DNA of 59,130 nt from an uncultured Thermomicrobiales bacterium (GTDB lineage Bacteria; Chloroflexota; Chloroflexia; Thermomicrobiales; UBA6265): contig CADCWE010000229.1 in NCBI GenBank assembly GCA_902806325.1, forward strand, positions 1 through 59,130, read 5' to 3'. Shown here piece by piece: positions 9,719 to 18,873 of the stretch. Both the position numbers and the translations under genes were made by a program. The notes under the pieces were generated by a model. It was not told where the DNA came from and ran no database searches. It saw only the letters and a list, made by a program, of their open reading frames with translations. Each line of letters begins with the position of its first letter. Position 1 is the stretch's first letter.

Positions 9719-10203
9719 GCTCCTTGGGCCGCGCCCATCTCGGCGACCAACTCCTCCAGGCGCTCGTACCCGTCGTCGACCCCGCCTTCCATGCCGGAGG
9801 CGATCATCGCGTCGCGGGCCTCGACGGATTGGTAGACGGCGTTGGCGCGGACCACGGTTTGGTCGCCCCGCTCCTCGAAGGTCAGCGTTTCCAGGGAGAC
9901 GTGACCCGGCGCGCCCTCGAACTCGAAGGTGCGGACGATGCCGTCCGGTGACGGCGTGCCGTGGAAGACGCCGCGGAACCCGAAGGCGTTGCCATCGGCG
10001 TCGCGGTGGATGAAGCGCCAGGTGCCGCCGTCGCGGGCCTCGTAGCGATCGACGGTCATCGTCAGACCGCGCGGCCCGAGCCACCGCACCAGCAGATCCG
10101 GCTCGACGTGGGCGCGGAAGAGCAGATCGCGCGAGGCGGCGAAGGCGCGCGTGATGACGAGTTGTGGCATTCCGGGTTCGGCGACGATCTCCGTTTTGGC
10201 CAC
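9715..10203 (-). CDS. SRPBCC/AHSA1 family protein
   Basis: LVITRAFAASRDLLFRAH.EPDLLVRWLGP..GGTWRF..ARDAMIASGMEGG. Confidence 0.9.
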   Translation of the reverse strand: MAKTEIVAEPGMPQLVITRAFAASRDLLFRAHVEPDLLVRWLGPRGLTMTVDRYEARDGGTWRFIHRDADGNAFGFRGVFHGTPSPDGIVRTFEFEGAPGHVSLETLTFEERGDQTVVRANAVYQSVEARDAMIASGMEGGVDDGYERLEELVAEMGAAQGA

Positions 10204-10239
10204 GGTGCGCTCCTTTCTGGCGGTCGCCCGCTTCGGGGC

Positions 10240-10575
10240 TTAATCGGGTCGGTCCCCTTGAAGGTCTGCGAGCAACGCGTCGAGCCGGTCGTAGGACTGG
10301 TCCCAGTAGTCCCGGTATTCGGCCAGCCAGGCGGTCGCCTCTCGCAGCGGTGCCGCTTCCAGGTGGCTGAGACGGGCGGTGGCGCGGCGGCGGCGCGAGA
10401 TCAGGCCGGCCTGTTCCAAGACCCGCAGGTGGCGCGAGATGGCGGGCTGCGACACCGCGAACGGGGCCGAAAGCTCCGCCACGTTGGCGTCGCCTTCGGT
10501 CAGCCGGGCAAGGATCGCGCGCCGCGTGGGGTCGGCGAGCGCGCCAAAGACGACGCTGAGCCGGTCAGCGGTCAT
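10240..10575 (-). CDS. ArsR/SmtB family transcriptional regulator
   Basis: FGALADPTRRAILARL..VSQPAISRHLRVLEQAGLI; first gene of an arsR-SRPBCC-DHFR-VOC operon. Confidence 0.92.
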   Translation of the reverse strand: MTADRLSVVFGALADPTRRAILARLTEGDANVAELSAPFAVSQPAISRHLRVLEQAGLISRRRRATARLSHLEAAPLREATAWLAEYRDYWDQSYDRLDALLADLQGDRPD

Positions 10576-10594
10576 CCATAACCACCTCATTTCA

Positions 10595-10637
10595 TAACTA
10601 TATGGTTAAATATACAGCCCGGGCTTGGCGGTGTCAA
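10595..10637 (-). promoter_or_regulatory. Sigma70-type promoter plus palindromic operator for the ArsR operon
   Basis: TTGACA (10637-10632), 17 bp, TATATT (10614-10609), immediately followed by TAAC-N6-GTTA (10595-10608). Confidence 0.75.
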
Positions 10638-11770
10638 GACCCCGAGGGATCGCGTCGCGCCTCCGGCATGGGCCCGTGAGTCTCCCGCGGGAACGTCAGC
10701 ACGCCGCCGCGGACCGAGACGTGGACGCGGTCGCCGGGGCGGATCCCGCCGTAGGGGCCGAGGCGGGCGCGGAGGGCGCGGCCGGTGTCGAGGCGGACGG
10801 TCATGGTTTGGTCGTGGCCGTAGAAGGCGCGGGCCAGCACCGTCGCATTCGCCCCGGGCAGGGTGCCGACCAGGGGTTTGGTCAGGCGCAAACTTTCCGG
10901 GCGCAGCATCACCTCGACCGGGCCGTCGGCCTGGCCGGTCGTCGGCAACTCGCCGAGGTCGCAGACGACCCGCCGCCCGTGCCCTTCGCCGGGGAGGAAC
11001 TCGGCGTCGCCGACGAAGGCGGCAACGGCCTTGGTCGCCGGCCGGTGGTAGACCTCCTCCGGCCCGGCCGCCTGGACCACCCGCCCCTCGCCCATGACCG
11101 CGATCCGGTCGGCCAGGCTGAGGGCTTCCTCCTGGTCGTGGGTCACCAGCACCGCCGTTTGGCCGGCGGCGGCGAGGATCTGGCGGACCTCGGCCCGGAC
11201 GGAAGCCCGCAACTCGGCATCCAGGTTGGAGAACGGCTCGTCGAGCAGGATCACCGCCGGTTCCGGGGCCAGGGCGCGGGCCAGGGCGACCCGCTGCTGC
11301 TGGCCGCCGGAGAGCTCGTGCGGCATCCGATCGTCGAAACCCGCCAACCCAACCCGCTCCAGTGCCGCCGCCACCCGTGCCTCCCGCTCCCGGACCCGCG
11401 GCAGCCCGAAGGCGACGTTGCGCCCGACCGAGAGGTGGGGGAACAGGGCGTAGTCCTGGAACACCATCCCGATCCGGCGCCGCTCCGGCGCTTCGTCGCA
11501 CCGCGGTCCGGAGACCAGTCGCCCGCCGACCTCGATCGTGCCCGCGTCCGGCGTCTCGAACCCGGCGATCAGACGCAGGGTCGTGGTCTTGCCGCAGCCG
11601 CTGGGCCCGAGCAGGGCGACGACCTCGCCCGGCCGCGCGATCAGATCCAGCCCGTCGACCACCGGCACGGTGCCGAACCGCTTGACTAATCCGGCGCAGC
11701 GCAACGCCGGCTCGGCGTTTGCGTCGACCGCGTTCGGGGGGCTCGGCATCGCGGAAACGGCGGCGCTCAC
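10634..11770 (-). CDS. Fe3+ ABC transporter ATP-binding subunit (FbpC/FutC-like)
   Basis: GPSGCGKT, LSGGQQQRVALARAL, LLDEPFSNLD, TOBE-like C-terminus; GTG start overlaps the permease stop. Confidence 0.92.
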   Translation of the reverse strand: MSAAVSAMPSPPNAVDANAEPALRCAGLVKRFGTVPVVDGLDLIARPGEVVALLGPSGCGKTTTLRLIAGFETPDAGTIEVGGRLVSGPRCDEAPERRRIGMVFQDYALFPHLSVGRNVAFGLPRVREREARVAAALERVGLAGFDDRMPHELSGGQQQRVALARALAPEPAVILLDEPFSNLDAELRASVRAEVRQILAAAGQTAVLVTHDQEEALSLADRIAVMGEGRVVQAAGPEEVYHRPATKAVAAFVGDAEFLPGEGHGRRVVCDLGELPTTGQADGPVEVMLRPESLRLTKPLVGTLPGANATVLARAFYGHDQTMTVRLDTGRALRARLGPYGGIRPGDRVHVSVRGGVLTFPRETHGPMPEARRDPSGS

Positions 11771-13488
11771 CCGTCCCCCCGCGCGATCCGGGAACGGCGG
11801 TGCGGTTGGTCGCGGTCGCGCGCCACGAGCAAAATGGTCGGCATTGCGGAGACCGCAATCAGGGCCAGCGCCGGGGCGGCGGCCTGGGCGTAGCGGCCGG
11901 AGCCGGTGGCCGACCAGATCGCCGTCGAGAGGGTCTCGAACCCGGTCGGCTTCAGCAACAGCGTGACCGGCAGCTCCTTCATCACCGTCAGAAAGACCAG
12001 CGCCGCCCCGGCCGTCACGCCCGGCCGCGCCAGCGGCACCGTCACCGACCGGATCGCCCCCAGCGGGCCGCGACCAAGCGTCCGCGCCGCTTCTTCCATC
12101 CGGGGGTTGATCTGGAGCAAGGATGTCCGTTCCGCCCCGACCGCTTGGGGCAGAAAGCGGACGACGTGGGCGAGGACGAGGAAGGGCAGCGTTTGGTAGA
12201 GCGGCGTCAGGTAGCGGGCGCCGAGAAAGACGAAGGCGAGCGCGATCACGATCCCCGGCAGGGCGTAGCCGAGGTAGCTCATCCGCTCGACCGCAACCCC
12301 GACCGGCCCCCGGTGTCGCACCGCCAAAATTGCCACCGGCAGCGCGGCCAGGGTCGCCGCCGCCGCCGCCAGCAGACCGACCTGGAGCGAGTTCGCCGCC
12401 CCGGTCAGCACCCCGTCCAGCGCGTCGCCGCGCGACAACCCGCGCCCGAACCACCAGACCAACACCCCGATCGGCAACGCCAGCCCCAGGCCGACGACCG
12501 CCGCGCAGTAGCAGAGCGCCGGCCACCGCCACCGCCCGAGGGGGACCGGCCGCGCTCGCCGCGCCGCGCCGCCGCCCAACCGGTGGTAGGCCGCCCGCCG
12601 CCCCCGGACCCGGGCCTCGGCCAGCAGCAGGGCACAGGCGAACACCACCAACAGCAGCGACAGCGCCGCGGCCAGGGTGCGGTCGAAGGACGAGCGGTAC
12701 TGGACATAGATGGCGCGGGTGAAGGCGTCGTAGCGGAGCAGGGTGACGACCCCGAAATCGCTGACGGCGTAAAGCGCGGCCAACAGCGACCCGGCCGCGA
12801 CGGCGGGCCGCAACTGCGGCAGCGTGGAGACGAAAAAGGTCCGCCAGGGGCCGTAGCCGAGACCGCGCGCCGCCTCGTCCAGCGCCGGGTCCAACCCGGC
12901 CAGCGCCGCCCGCACCCCGAGCAACACGTAGGGGTAGGTGAACAAGGTCAGCGTCAGCCAGGCGCCGCCGAAGCCGTAGATCGGCGGCAGGCGCTCGATC
13001 CCGAGCGGGGAGAGCGCGTCGTGGAGCAGACCGCGCGGCCCGAGCGCCGCCACGATCGCCAGCGCCCCAACGTATGAGGGAACGACCAGCGGCAGCACCG
13101 CGGCCGTGGCCCACCACCGCCGCCCCGGCAGATCGGTTCGCCCCGTCAGCCAGGCCAGCGGCACCGCCAAGAGCGCGGTCGAGGCGGCGACGGCGAGGGC
13201 CAACCCGGCGGTGTTGAGGGCGATCCGGGCGGTGCGCGGGCGAAGCAGGAGATCCCAGATTCCAGCGCCCGCCCCGGCGGTGCGCAGCACCAGGTAGACC
13301 AGCGGTACCGCCATCGCCAGCGCCACCAGGACGGCGGGAACCCAGATCAGCGCCGGCGCCCGACGCGACCCCATCCCCCGGCGCCGCCCCGGCCACGCCG
13401 AGCGCCCCGGCAGCGGCGGCGGGCCGATCCGGGGCGCGGCGATTCCCGTTAGTGGCGCCGGCTCCGCGCGGGGTCGAAGCGACTGCAA
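11767..13488 (-). CDS. Fe3+ ABC transporter permease (FbpB/FutB-like); start uncertain
   Basis: Two EAA loops (LDEAARGLG, MEEAARTLG), SDFG and MKELP motifs. Confidence 0.9.
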   Translation of the reverse strand: MQSLRPRAEPAPLTGIAAPRIGPPPLPGRSAWPGRRRGMGSRRAPALIWVPAVLVALAMAVPLVYLVLRTAGAGAGIWDLLLRPRTARIALNTAGLALAVAASTALLAVPLAWLTGRTDLPGRRWWATAAVLPLVVPSYVGALAIVAALGPRGLLHDALSPLGIERLPPIYGFGGAWLTLTLFTYPYVLLGVRAALAGLDPALDEAARGLGYGPWRTFFVSTLPQLRPAVAAGSLLAALYAVSDFGVVTLLRYDAFTRAIYVQYRSSFDRTLAAALSLLLVVFACALLLAEARVRGRRAAYHRLGGGAARRARPVPLGRWRWPALCYCAAVVGLGLALPIGVLVWWFGRGLSRGDALDGVLTGAANSLQVGLLAAAAATLAALPVAILAVRHRGPVGVAVERMSYLGYALPGIVIALAFVFLGARYLTPLYQTLPFLVLAHVVRFLPQAVGAERTSLLQINPRMEEAARTLGRGPLGAIRSVTVPLARPGVTAGAALVFLTVMKELPVTLLLKPTGFETLSTAIWSATGSGRYAQAAAPALALIAVSAMPTILLVARDRDQPHRRSRIARGDG

Positions 13489-13607
13489 CGCCTTCTCCAG
13501 TGCCAGGTGGCCAAATCGGCCGGACGCGGCAAGGGTATCAGGTCGGGATCGTGCCCCACGACGAGTACCCCCATTGGCCGGGACGACCTGCTACCTGGCG
13601 GACGAAC

Positions 13608-14795
13608 CTACAGCAATCCGACCTCGGTCAGCAGCGCCTGGGTGCCTTCTAGGTCGGCAAGGTCGGTCAGGTCGATCTCCGGGAGCTCCAGGTCCGCCAG
13701 CGACGGCAGATCCGCGGCGGGCGCCACTCCTTCGATCAACGGGTACTCGGAGGTCTCCTCGGCGAAGTAGGTTTGCGCCTCTTCGCGCAGCAGATAGTCG
13801 ACGAAGGCGAGCGCACGCTCGGCGTTCGGTCCATCGGCGACCAAGCCGACAGCGGTGACGTTGATCAGCGAGCCGGGGTCACCGGCGGGGAAGAAGTGGT
13901 TGGCGATCGGCAGTTCGCCTTCTTCGGCCTGGATCTCGTAGAGGTAGTAGTGGTTGACCAGGCCGAGCGGGATCTCCCCCGCGCCGACCGCGCGGACCAC
14001 GGCGCCGTTGCTGTCGCCGAAGTTGACCGGCTCGTTGGCGATCATGCCCTCCAGCCAGGCGCGGGCGCCGTCCTCGCCTTCCAGGATCCGCAGCGCGGTG
14101 ACGAACGCCTGGAACGACGCGTTCTCCGGCGCCCAACCGACCTTGCCCCGCCATTCCTCGTTCGCCAAATCGAGCACGGAGGCGGGCAGATCGGCCTCCG
14201 CCAGCAGATCGGTGTTGTAGACGGCGACGCGGGCGCGGCCGGAGACGCCGACCCAGAGGCCGTCCGGCGAGCGGAACTCGTGCGCGACCCGCTCCAGGAG
14301 CTCGTCCGGCAGCGGGGCGAGGCGCCCTTCCTGAGCGAGGGCGCCGAGCGCCCCGGCGTCCTGGCCGAAGAAGACCCCGGCCGGGGAATTGTCGCCTTCT
14401 TCGAGCAGGGTCGCCGCCAACTCGCCGGTGCCGGCGTAGCGGACCTCGGCGTCGATCCCGGTCGCACCTTCGAAACGGGCGATCAGGTCGCCGACCAACT
14501 CCTCGTTGCGCCCGGAGTAGATCGTCAGCGTTCCCGCCGACCCAACCGGACTGCCGCCGGCGGGGGGGGCGTCGGTCTCCTCGGCCTCCGGATCGGCTTC
14601 CGGATCGGCCTCTGGGTCCGCCTCCGCTTCCGGCGTCTCGTTCTGGGCGACCGCCCAGGGGGCGGGCAGCGCCGTCGCCGCCACCGCCAGCCCGGCGCCG
14701 CCGGCGGCGACGAGGCGCATTACGGCACGCCGGTTGAGCTGACGCCGGTAGACCGCCCAGAGGTCGGTCCGCTCGCTGGGATCCCGCTCGAACAT
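13608..14795 (-). CDS. Fe3+ ABC transporter substrate-binding protein (FutA/FbpA-like), Tat-type signal
   Basis: LNRRAVMR..AVA-Q signal; TIYSGR, RARV..YN and LVNHYY iron-ligand motifs. Confidence 0.9.
   Translation of the reverse strand: MFERDPSERTDLWAVYRRQLNRRAVMRLVAAGGAGLAVAATALPAPWAVAQNETPEAEADPEADPEADPEAEETDAPPAGGSPVGSAGTLTIYSGRNEELVGDLIARFEGATGIDAEVRYAGTGELAATLLEEGDNSPAGVFFGQDAGALGALAQEGRLAPLPDELLERVAHEFRSPDGLWVGVSGRARVAVYNTDLLAEADLPASVLDLANEEWRGKVGWAPENASFQAFVTALRILEGEDGARAWLEGMIANEPVNFGDSNGAVVRAVGAGEIPLGLVNHYYLYEIQAEEGELPIANHFFPAGDPGSLINVTAVGLVADGPNAERALAFVDYLLREEAQTYFAEETSEYPLIEGVAPAADLPSLADLELPEIDLTDLADLEGTQALLTEVGLL
14587..14622 (-). repeat. 12-bp coding tandem repeat (EADP x3) in the SBP linker
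   Basis: Protein reads EAEADPEADPEADPEAEE. Confidence 0.8.
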
Positions 14796-14838
14796 CGACT
14801 TTCTCCGTCGTAGCGCGTGTCGCGTCGGTCGCCGTGTG

Positions 14839-14897
14839 AATCCCGACGGAACAAGTCGGAATAGCGAAACGCTAGCCGGACGGAGACCGGCTGTCAA
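14839..14897 (-). promoter_or_regulatory. Promoter of the Fe ABC operon with a 25-bp palindromic operator
   Basis: TTGACA (14897-14892), 17 bp, TAGCGT (14874-14869); operator AATCCCGAC-N7-GTCGGAATA at 14839-14863 (+ strand). Confidence 0.72.
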
Positions 14898-14963
14898 CCC
14901 TCCCCGGCGCCGATGCCGGAAGCGGGTCGTGACCGGGGTCGGCCGATTGCGGCCGTCGCGGGT

Positions 14964-15641
14964 CTATTCGCCCGGCTGGGCGCCGTCGTCGTCCCAGCCC
15001 AGCCACCGGGTTAGGGCCGGGGCCGGGATCCGCTCGCGGGTCGGCGGGGCGCCGTCGGGGTAGCCGAGGTAGACGAAACCGAGGACGAACGCCCCCTCGG
15101 GAAGCCCGAGGTGCGCCTTCACCGCCGGGTCGTAGCACGGGTCGCCGGTGCGCCAGATGGCGGCCAAGCCTTCGGCGTGGGCGGCCAGGAGCAGGTTCTG
15201 GATCGCGGCGGCGCCGGCGGTGACCTCTTCGATCTCGACCACCTTCGGCGCCACGGTTGGTTCGACGGCGACCGCGATCACCACCGGCGCCCGCAGCGGT
15301 TTGCCAGCCGCCTTGGCATAGGCAACCGCGGCGTCCTCCGACCCTTCCGGGTGCCGGGCCGCTTGGGCGCGGCCGATCGTCTCGCCGAGGGCGTTGCGCG
15401 CCTCGCCGGCCAGCACCACGAACCGCCACGGCTGGGTCAGGCGGTGATTCGGCGCCCAGGTCGCCGCCTCCAGCAGGCGCGCGATGGTCGCCCGGTCGGG
15501 GCGCTCCGGCCGGACCCGTCCGATCGAGCGCCGGTCGCGGATCGCCGCCAGCACCGGATGTTGCGGGTGCTCGGCCGAGGCGGGCGCGACGGCGACGGTC
15601 GCCACGTGCGTCGTTGATGCAACTGCCGCAGGTGTCCCCAC
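14964..15641 (-). CDS. Nitroreductase family protein (YdjA-like)
   Basis: IRDRRSI, AATWAPNHRLTQPWRF, AAIQNLLLAAHAEGLAAIWRTG. GTG start 15641 chosen for its GGAG RBS and position downstream of the promoter. Confidence 0.88.
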   Translation of the reverse strand: MGTPAAVASTTHVATVAVAPASAEHPQHPVLAAIRDRRSIGRVRPERPDRATIARLLEAATWAPNHRLTQPWRFVVLAGEARNALGETIGRAQAARHPEGSEDAAVAYAKAAGKPLRAPVVIAVAVEPTVAPKVVEIEEVTAGAAAIQNLLLAAHAEGLAAIWRTGDPCYDPAVKAHLGLPEGAFVLGFVYLGYPDGAPPTRERIPAPALTRWLGWDDDGAQPGE

Positions 15642-15677
15642 GAATCGTGCTCCGTTTCGTTGGCGGCGTGCCGTTTC

Positions 15678-15732
15678 AATCCCGACCTGATTGATCGGAA
15701 TAATGCTAGCCACGGTCCATGCCTGGTGTCAA
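15678..15732 (-). promoter_or_regulatory. Promoter of the nitroreductase gene with the same 25-bp operator
   Basis: TTGACA (15732-15727), 18 bp, TAGCAT (15708-15703); operator AATCCCGAC-N7-ATCGGAATA at 15678-15702 (+ strand). Confidence 0.72.
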
Positions 15733-15898
15733 GAGCCCTGCGAGCGCCGCTCAGCGATGCCGGGGCCAGCAGCGAACGCCGCGCCGACCGGGATGGTATG
15801 GTTGCCAAAGACGGTAGCCGGGATTTCACGACGAGACGACCGCCTATCGGGGCCGGCCCGCTTCCGGACCCCGGTTTCCCGCCGCCGAGGAGGATTCC

Positions 15899-16396
15899 AT
15901 GGCCGAGCACGAACCCCGCCGGCACGCCGGCGCCAACCTGGCGCACGTCAACCTGACCGACGACGACCTCTCCGAAGACGACCTGGCCGGTGCCGATCTC
16001 ACCGACGCGGTGCTGAAACGGACCAACCTCCATGGCGCCCATCTGGACCACGCCCGGATGCAGCGCGACGATCTCTCCGGCGCCAACCTTTCCGACGCCC
16101 ATCTGCCGGACGCCAACCTCCGCGGGGCGAACCTGGCCGGAGCCAATCTCGCGCGGGCCGACCTGTCCCGCGCGAATCTGACCGCCACCGATCTTCGCGG
16201 CGCCGACCTGACCGGCGCCGACCTGACCGAAGCCGACCTGCGCGACGCCAAGCTGGACCGCGCCAACCCGGAGGCGGCCCGCTCCATCGCCGGCGCCTCG
16301 TTCCGCGGCGCGACCGGGCTGTCCGACGCCCAGCGCGACGACTGCGGCACCAAGTGGGCCGTGCTCGACGCCGCCACCGAGGAGCCGGCGGGGTAG
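15899..16396 (+). CDS. Pentapeptide repeat protein
   Basis: Long A(D/N)Lxx array; GGAGG RBS. Confidence 0.92.
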   Translation: MAEHEPRRHAGANLAHVNLTDDDLSEDDLAGADLTDAVLKRTNLHGAHLDHARMQRDDLSGANLSDAHLPDANLRGANLAGANLARADLSRANLTATDLRGADLTGADLTEADLRDAKLDRANPEAARSIAGASFRGATGLSDAQRDDCGTKWAVLDAATEEPAG

Positions 16397-16598
16397 CGCC
16401 TTCGGACGCGGCGGATCCCCAATCACCGAAACGCTCGGCCCCCGTTCCCTCGGCGACCACGGGGAATGGGGGTCGTGTCGCCTCGAACGTGCTTCCTTTG
16501 CCTAACCATCGGGACCCACGATCGAGGGAGAGGGGGTGCGTGGATGGCGAGACTCGTCCGTCGCCGGCGCGGTCATCCAACGGGGCGTTATTGGTTTG

Positions 16599-16637
16599 TT
16601 GACTCCCGTTTGACAGTTGGGCGCCGCCGCTTAGACT
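16599..16637 (+). promoter_or_regulatory. Putative phoX promoter with 11-bp-spaced direct repeats
   Basis: TTGACA (16610-16615), 16 bp, TAGACT (16632-16637); TTGAC occurs at 16599 and 16610. Confidence 0.45.
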
Positions 16638-16762
16638 AACCTTCCCCAGGATCATCCGCGAGGTGCGGACGCGTTGCCCTGAGGGGGGCGGTGCGGGGTC
16701 CGACCGCCGGTGCCCCGACGACGGGCGGCCCCGGCGGAGGTGGAGGAAGGAGCGGGAGCTCG

Positions 16763-18772
16763 GTGATCGACTACGAAGGCGACAAGGACAAGATCTATTC
16801 GATCAACGGCCGCGGTGAGGCGTTCGCGGACGTGCTGGCGCGGCGACTCAACCGCCGGGGGCTGCTCAAGAGCGCGGCGGCGGCTTCGGCCCTGGCGGTC
16901 ACCGGCCCCCGCCTGGTGCCCGCCCCGGCGGCCGCCCAGGGCACGCCAACGGCCGGCGCGGCGGTCGGCAAGCTGGCCTTCGCCCCGATCTCGCTCGACG
17001 AGGGGTCCGAGCTGGTGGTCGCCGAGGGGCACCGCGCCACGGCGTTCCTGAGATGGGGCGAACCGCTCTTCGCCGACGCGCCGGACTTCGACCCCGAGGC
17101 CCAGACGCCCGAGAGCCAGGCGAAGCAGTTCGGCTACAACTGCGACTGGATGGGCTTTTTCCCCCTGCCGCAGGGGTCGGACGCGTCGGATCACGGCTTG
17201 CTGGTGGTCAACCACGAGTACACCAACCCGGAGTTGATGTTCCCCGGCTATCTCAGCCCGAACCCGGAGTACAGCCCGCCCGCGTCCGACGACGCGCCGC
17301 CAGACGTGCCGGAGTTCCTGACCAACCCAACCCAGGAGATCGTCGACACCGAACTCGAAGCCCACGGCCTGTCCGTGGTGGAGATCCGGCGCGACGAAAC
17401 CGGCGAGTGGCAGATCGTCCGCGACTCCGAGTACAACCGCCGGCTCACCGCCACCACCCCGATGGAGGCGACGGGACCGGCGGCCGGGACCGACCTCCTC
17501 AAGACATCCGCCGACGCGACCGGCACGCGGATCAGCGGTACCCTTAACAATTGCGCCGGCGGCGTCACCCCCTGGGGCACGGTCGTCACCGGTGAGGAAA
17601 ACTTCCAGCAGTACTTCGCCAACCTCGGCCAGCTGGCCGAGGACGACCCGATCCGCGTCGCCCACGACCGGTTCGGGATCGAGGAAGGCTCGTCGGAGCG
17701 GCGGTGGGAAGAGTTTCACGACCGCTTCGATCTGACCAAGGAGCCGAACGAGCCGTTCCGCTACGGCTGGGGCGTCGAGTTCGACCCGTACGACCCGGAA
17801 TCGGTGCCGAAGAAGCGAACCGCGCTCGGCCGCGCCAAGCACGAGGGCCACACCTCCTTCGTCGCTCCCGGCGGACAGGTCGCCATCTATTCGGGCGACG
17901 ACGAGCGGTTCGAGTACGCCTACAAGTTCGTCACCACCGGCAGCTACGACGAGAACGACCGCGCCGCGAACATGGATCTGCTCGATGAGGGCACCCTCTA
18001 TGTCGCCAAGTTCAACGAGGACGGCACCGGCGAGTGGCTGCCGCTGGTCGCGGGCGAGGGCGAACTGACCGAGGCGAACGGCTTCCCGACCCAGGCCGAG
18101 GTGGTCGTCAACGCCCGGTTCGCCGCCGACGCGGTCGGCGCGACCAAGATGGACCGGCCGGAAGACTTCGAGACCAACCCGGTCACCGGCAAGGTCTACC
18201 TGGTCTGCACCAACAACAGCCGGCGCCAGCTGGAGGAAACCGACGCGGCCAACCCGCGGCCGCAGAACCTGGGCGGCCACATCATCGAGATCACCGAGAC
18301 CGGCGACGACCACGCCGCGACCACGTTCAACTGGGAGATCTTCATCCTCGCCGGCGACCCGGCCCAGGGATCGACCCACTTCGCCGGCTTCGACACCGAC
18401 GAGGTCAGTCCGATCGCATCGCCGGACAACATCACCTTCGATGTCGACGGCAACCTCTGGATCTCGACCGACGGCCTGGGCAACACCCTAGCGGGCAACG
18501 ACGGCCTGTTCGTGGTCCCGACCGAGGGCGAGGAGCGCGGCTTCGTGCGCCAGTTCTTCAGCAGCGTTCCCGGCGCCGAGGTCTCCGGCCCGGTGTTCAC
18601 GCCGGACAACACCTCCTTGTTCGCCTCGATCCAGCATCCCGCGGAAGGCAGCTCGTACGAGGAACCGACGATCCGCTGGCCCGACGGCGGCGACGCCCCG
18701 GTCCGCCCAAGTGTGGTCGTGATTCAGGCGGCCGACGCCACGGCGCGAGTCGGCACGGGCGGCGCGGTCTAG
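16763..18772 (+). CDS. phoX: PhoX family alkaline phosphatase (Tat-exported)
   Basis: LNRRGLLKS signal; FGYNCD, VNHEY, NNCAGGVTPWGT..GEEN, ALGRAKHE, MDRPED, SPDN, SIQHP motifs. Confidence 0.93.
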   Translation: MIDYEGDKDKIYSINGRGEAFADVLARRLNRRGLLKSAAAASALAVTGPRLVPAPAAAQGTPTAGAAVGKLAFAPISLDEGSELVVAEGHRATAFLRWGEPLFADAPDFDPEAQTPESQAKQFGYNCDWMGFFPLPQGSDASDHGLLVVNHEYTNPELMFPGYLSPNPEYSPPASDDAPPDVPEFLTNPTQEIVDTELEAHGLSVVEIRRDETGEWQIVRDSEYNRRLTATTPMEATGPAAGTDLLKTSADATGTRISGTLNNCAGGVTPWGTVVTGEENFQQYFANLGQLAEDDPIRVAHDRFGIEEGSSERRWEEFHDRFDLTKEPNEPFRYGWGVEFDPYDPESVPKKRTALGRAKHEGHTSFVAPGGQVAIYSGDDERFEYAYKFVTTGSYDENDRAANMDLLDEGTLYVAKFNEDGTGEWLPLVAGEGELTEANGFPTQAEVVVNARFAADAVGATKMDRPEDFETNPVTGKVYLVCTNNSRRQLEETDAANPRPQNLGGHIIEITETGDDHAATTFNWEIFILAGDPAQGSTHFAGFDTDEVSPIASPDNITFDVDGNLWISTDGLGNTLAGNDGLFVVPTEGEERGFVRQFFSSVPGAEVSGPVFTPDNTSLFASIQHPAEGSSYEEPTIRWPDGGDAPVRPSVVVIQAADATARVGTGGAV

Positions 18773-18810
18773 GGAATATCCAGCGCGATCGGTCTCCGAA
18801 CGGCCCCTTC

Positions 18811-18846
18811 CCAAGCCCCTCCCCCTGGTTCGGGGGAGGGGCTTGG
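18811..18846. terminator. 15-bp perfect GC hairpin between convergent genes (REP-like or terminator)
   Basis: CCAAGCCCCTCCCCC-tggttc-GGGGGAGGGGCTTGG. Confidence 0.6.
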
Positions 18847-18873
18847 TGATTTCCAACACGGCGGGACGCCCCT

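Noticed and set aside
10634-13396. Apparent 920-aa fusion ORF (similarly 22539..24875, 9122..10084, 38736..40610, 39671..41449)
   Set aside because: Stop-free upstream extensions over neighbouring genes; the real starts are internal, with RBS or overlapping stop-start junctions.
15673-15712. GTTTCAATCCC.. resembles the start of a CRISPR repeat
   Set aside because: Single copy, no spacers and no cas genes; better explained as the operator shared with 14839-14863.
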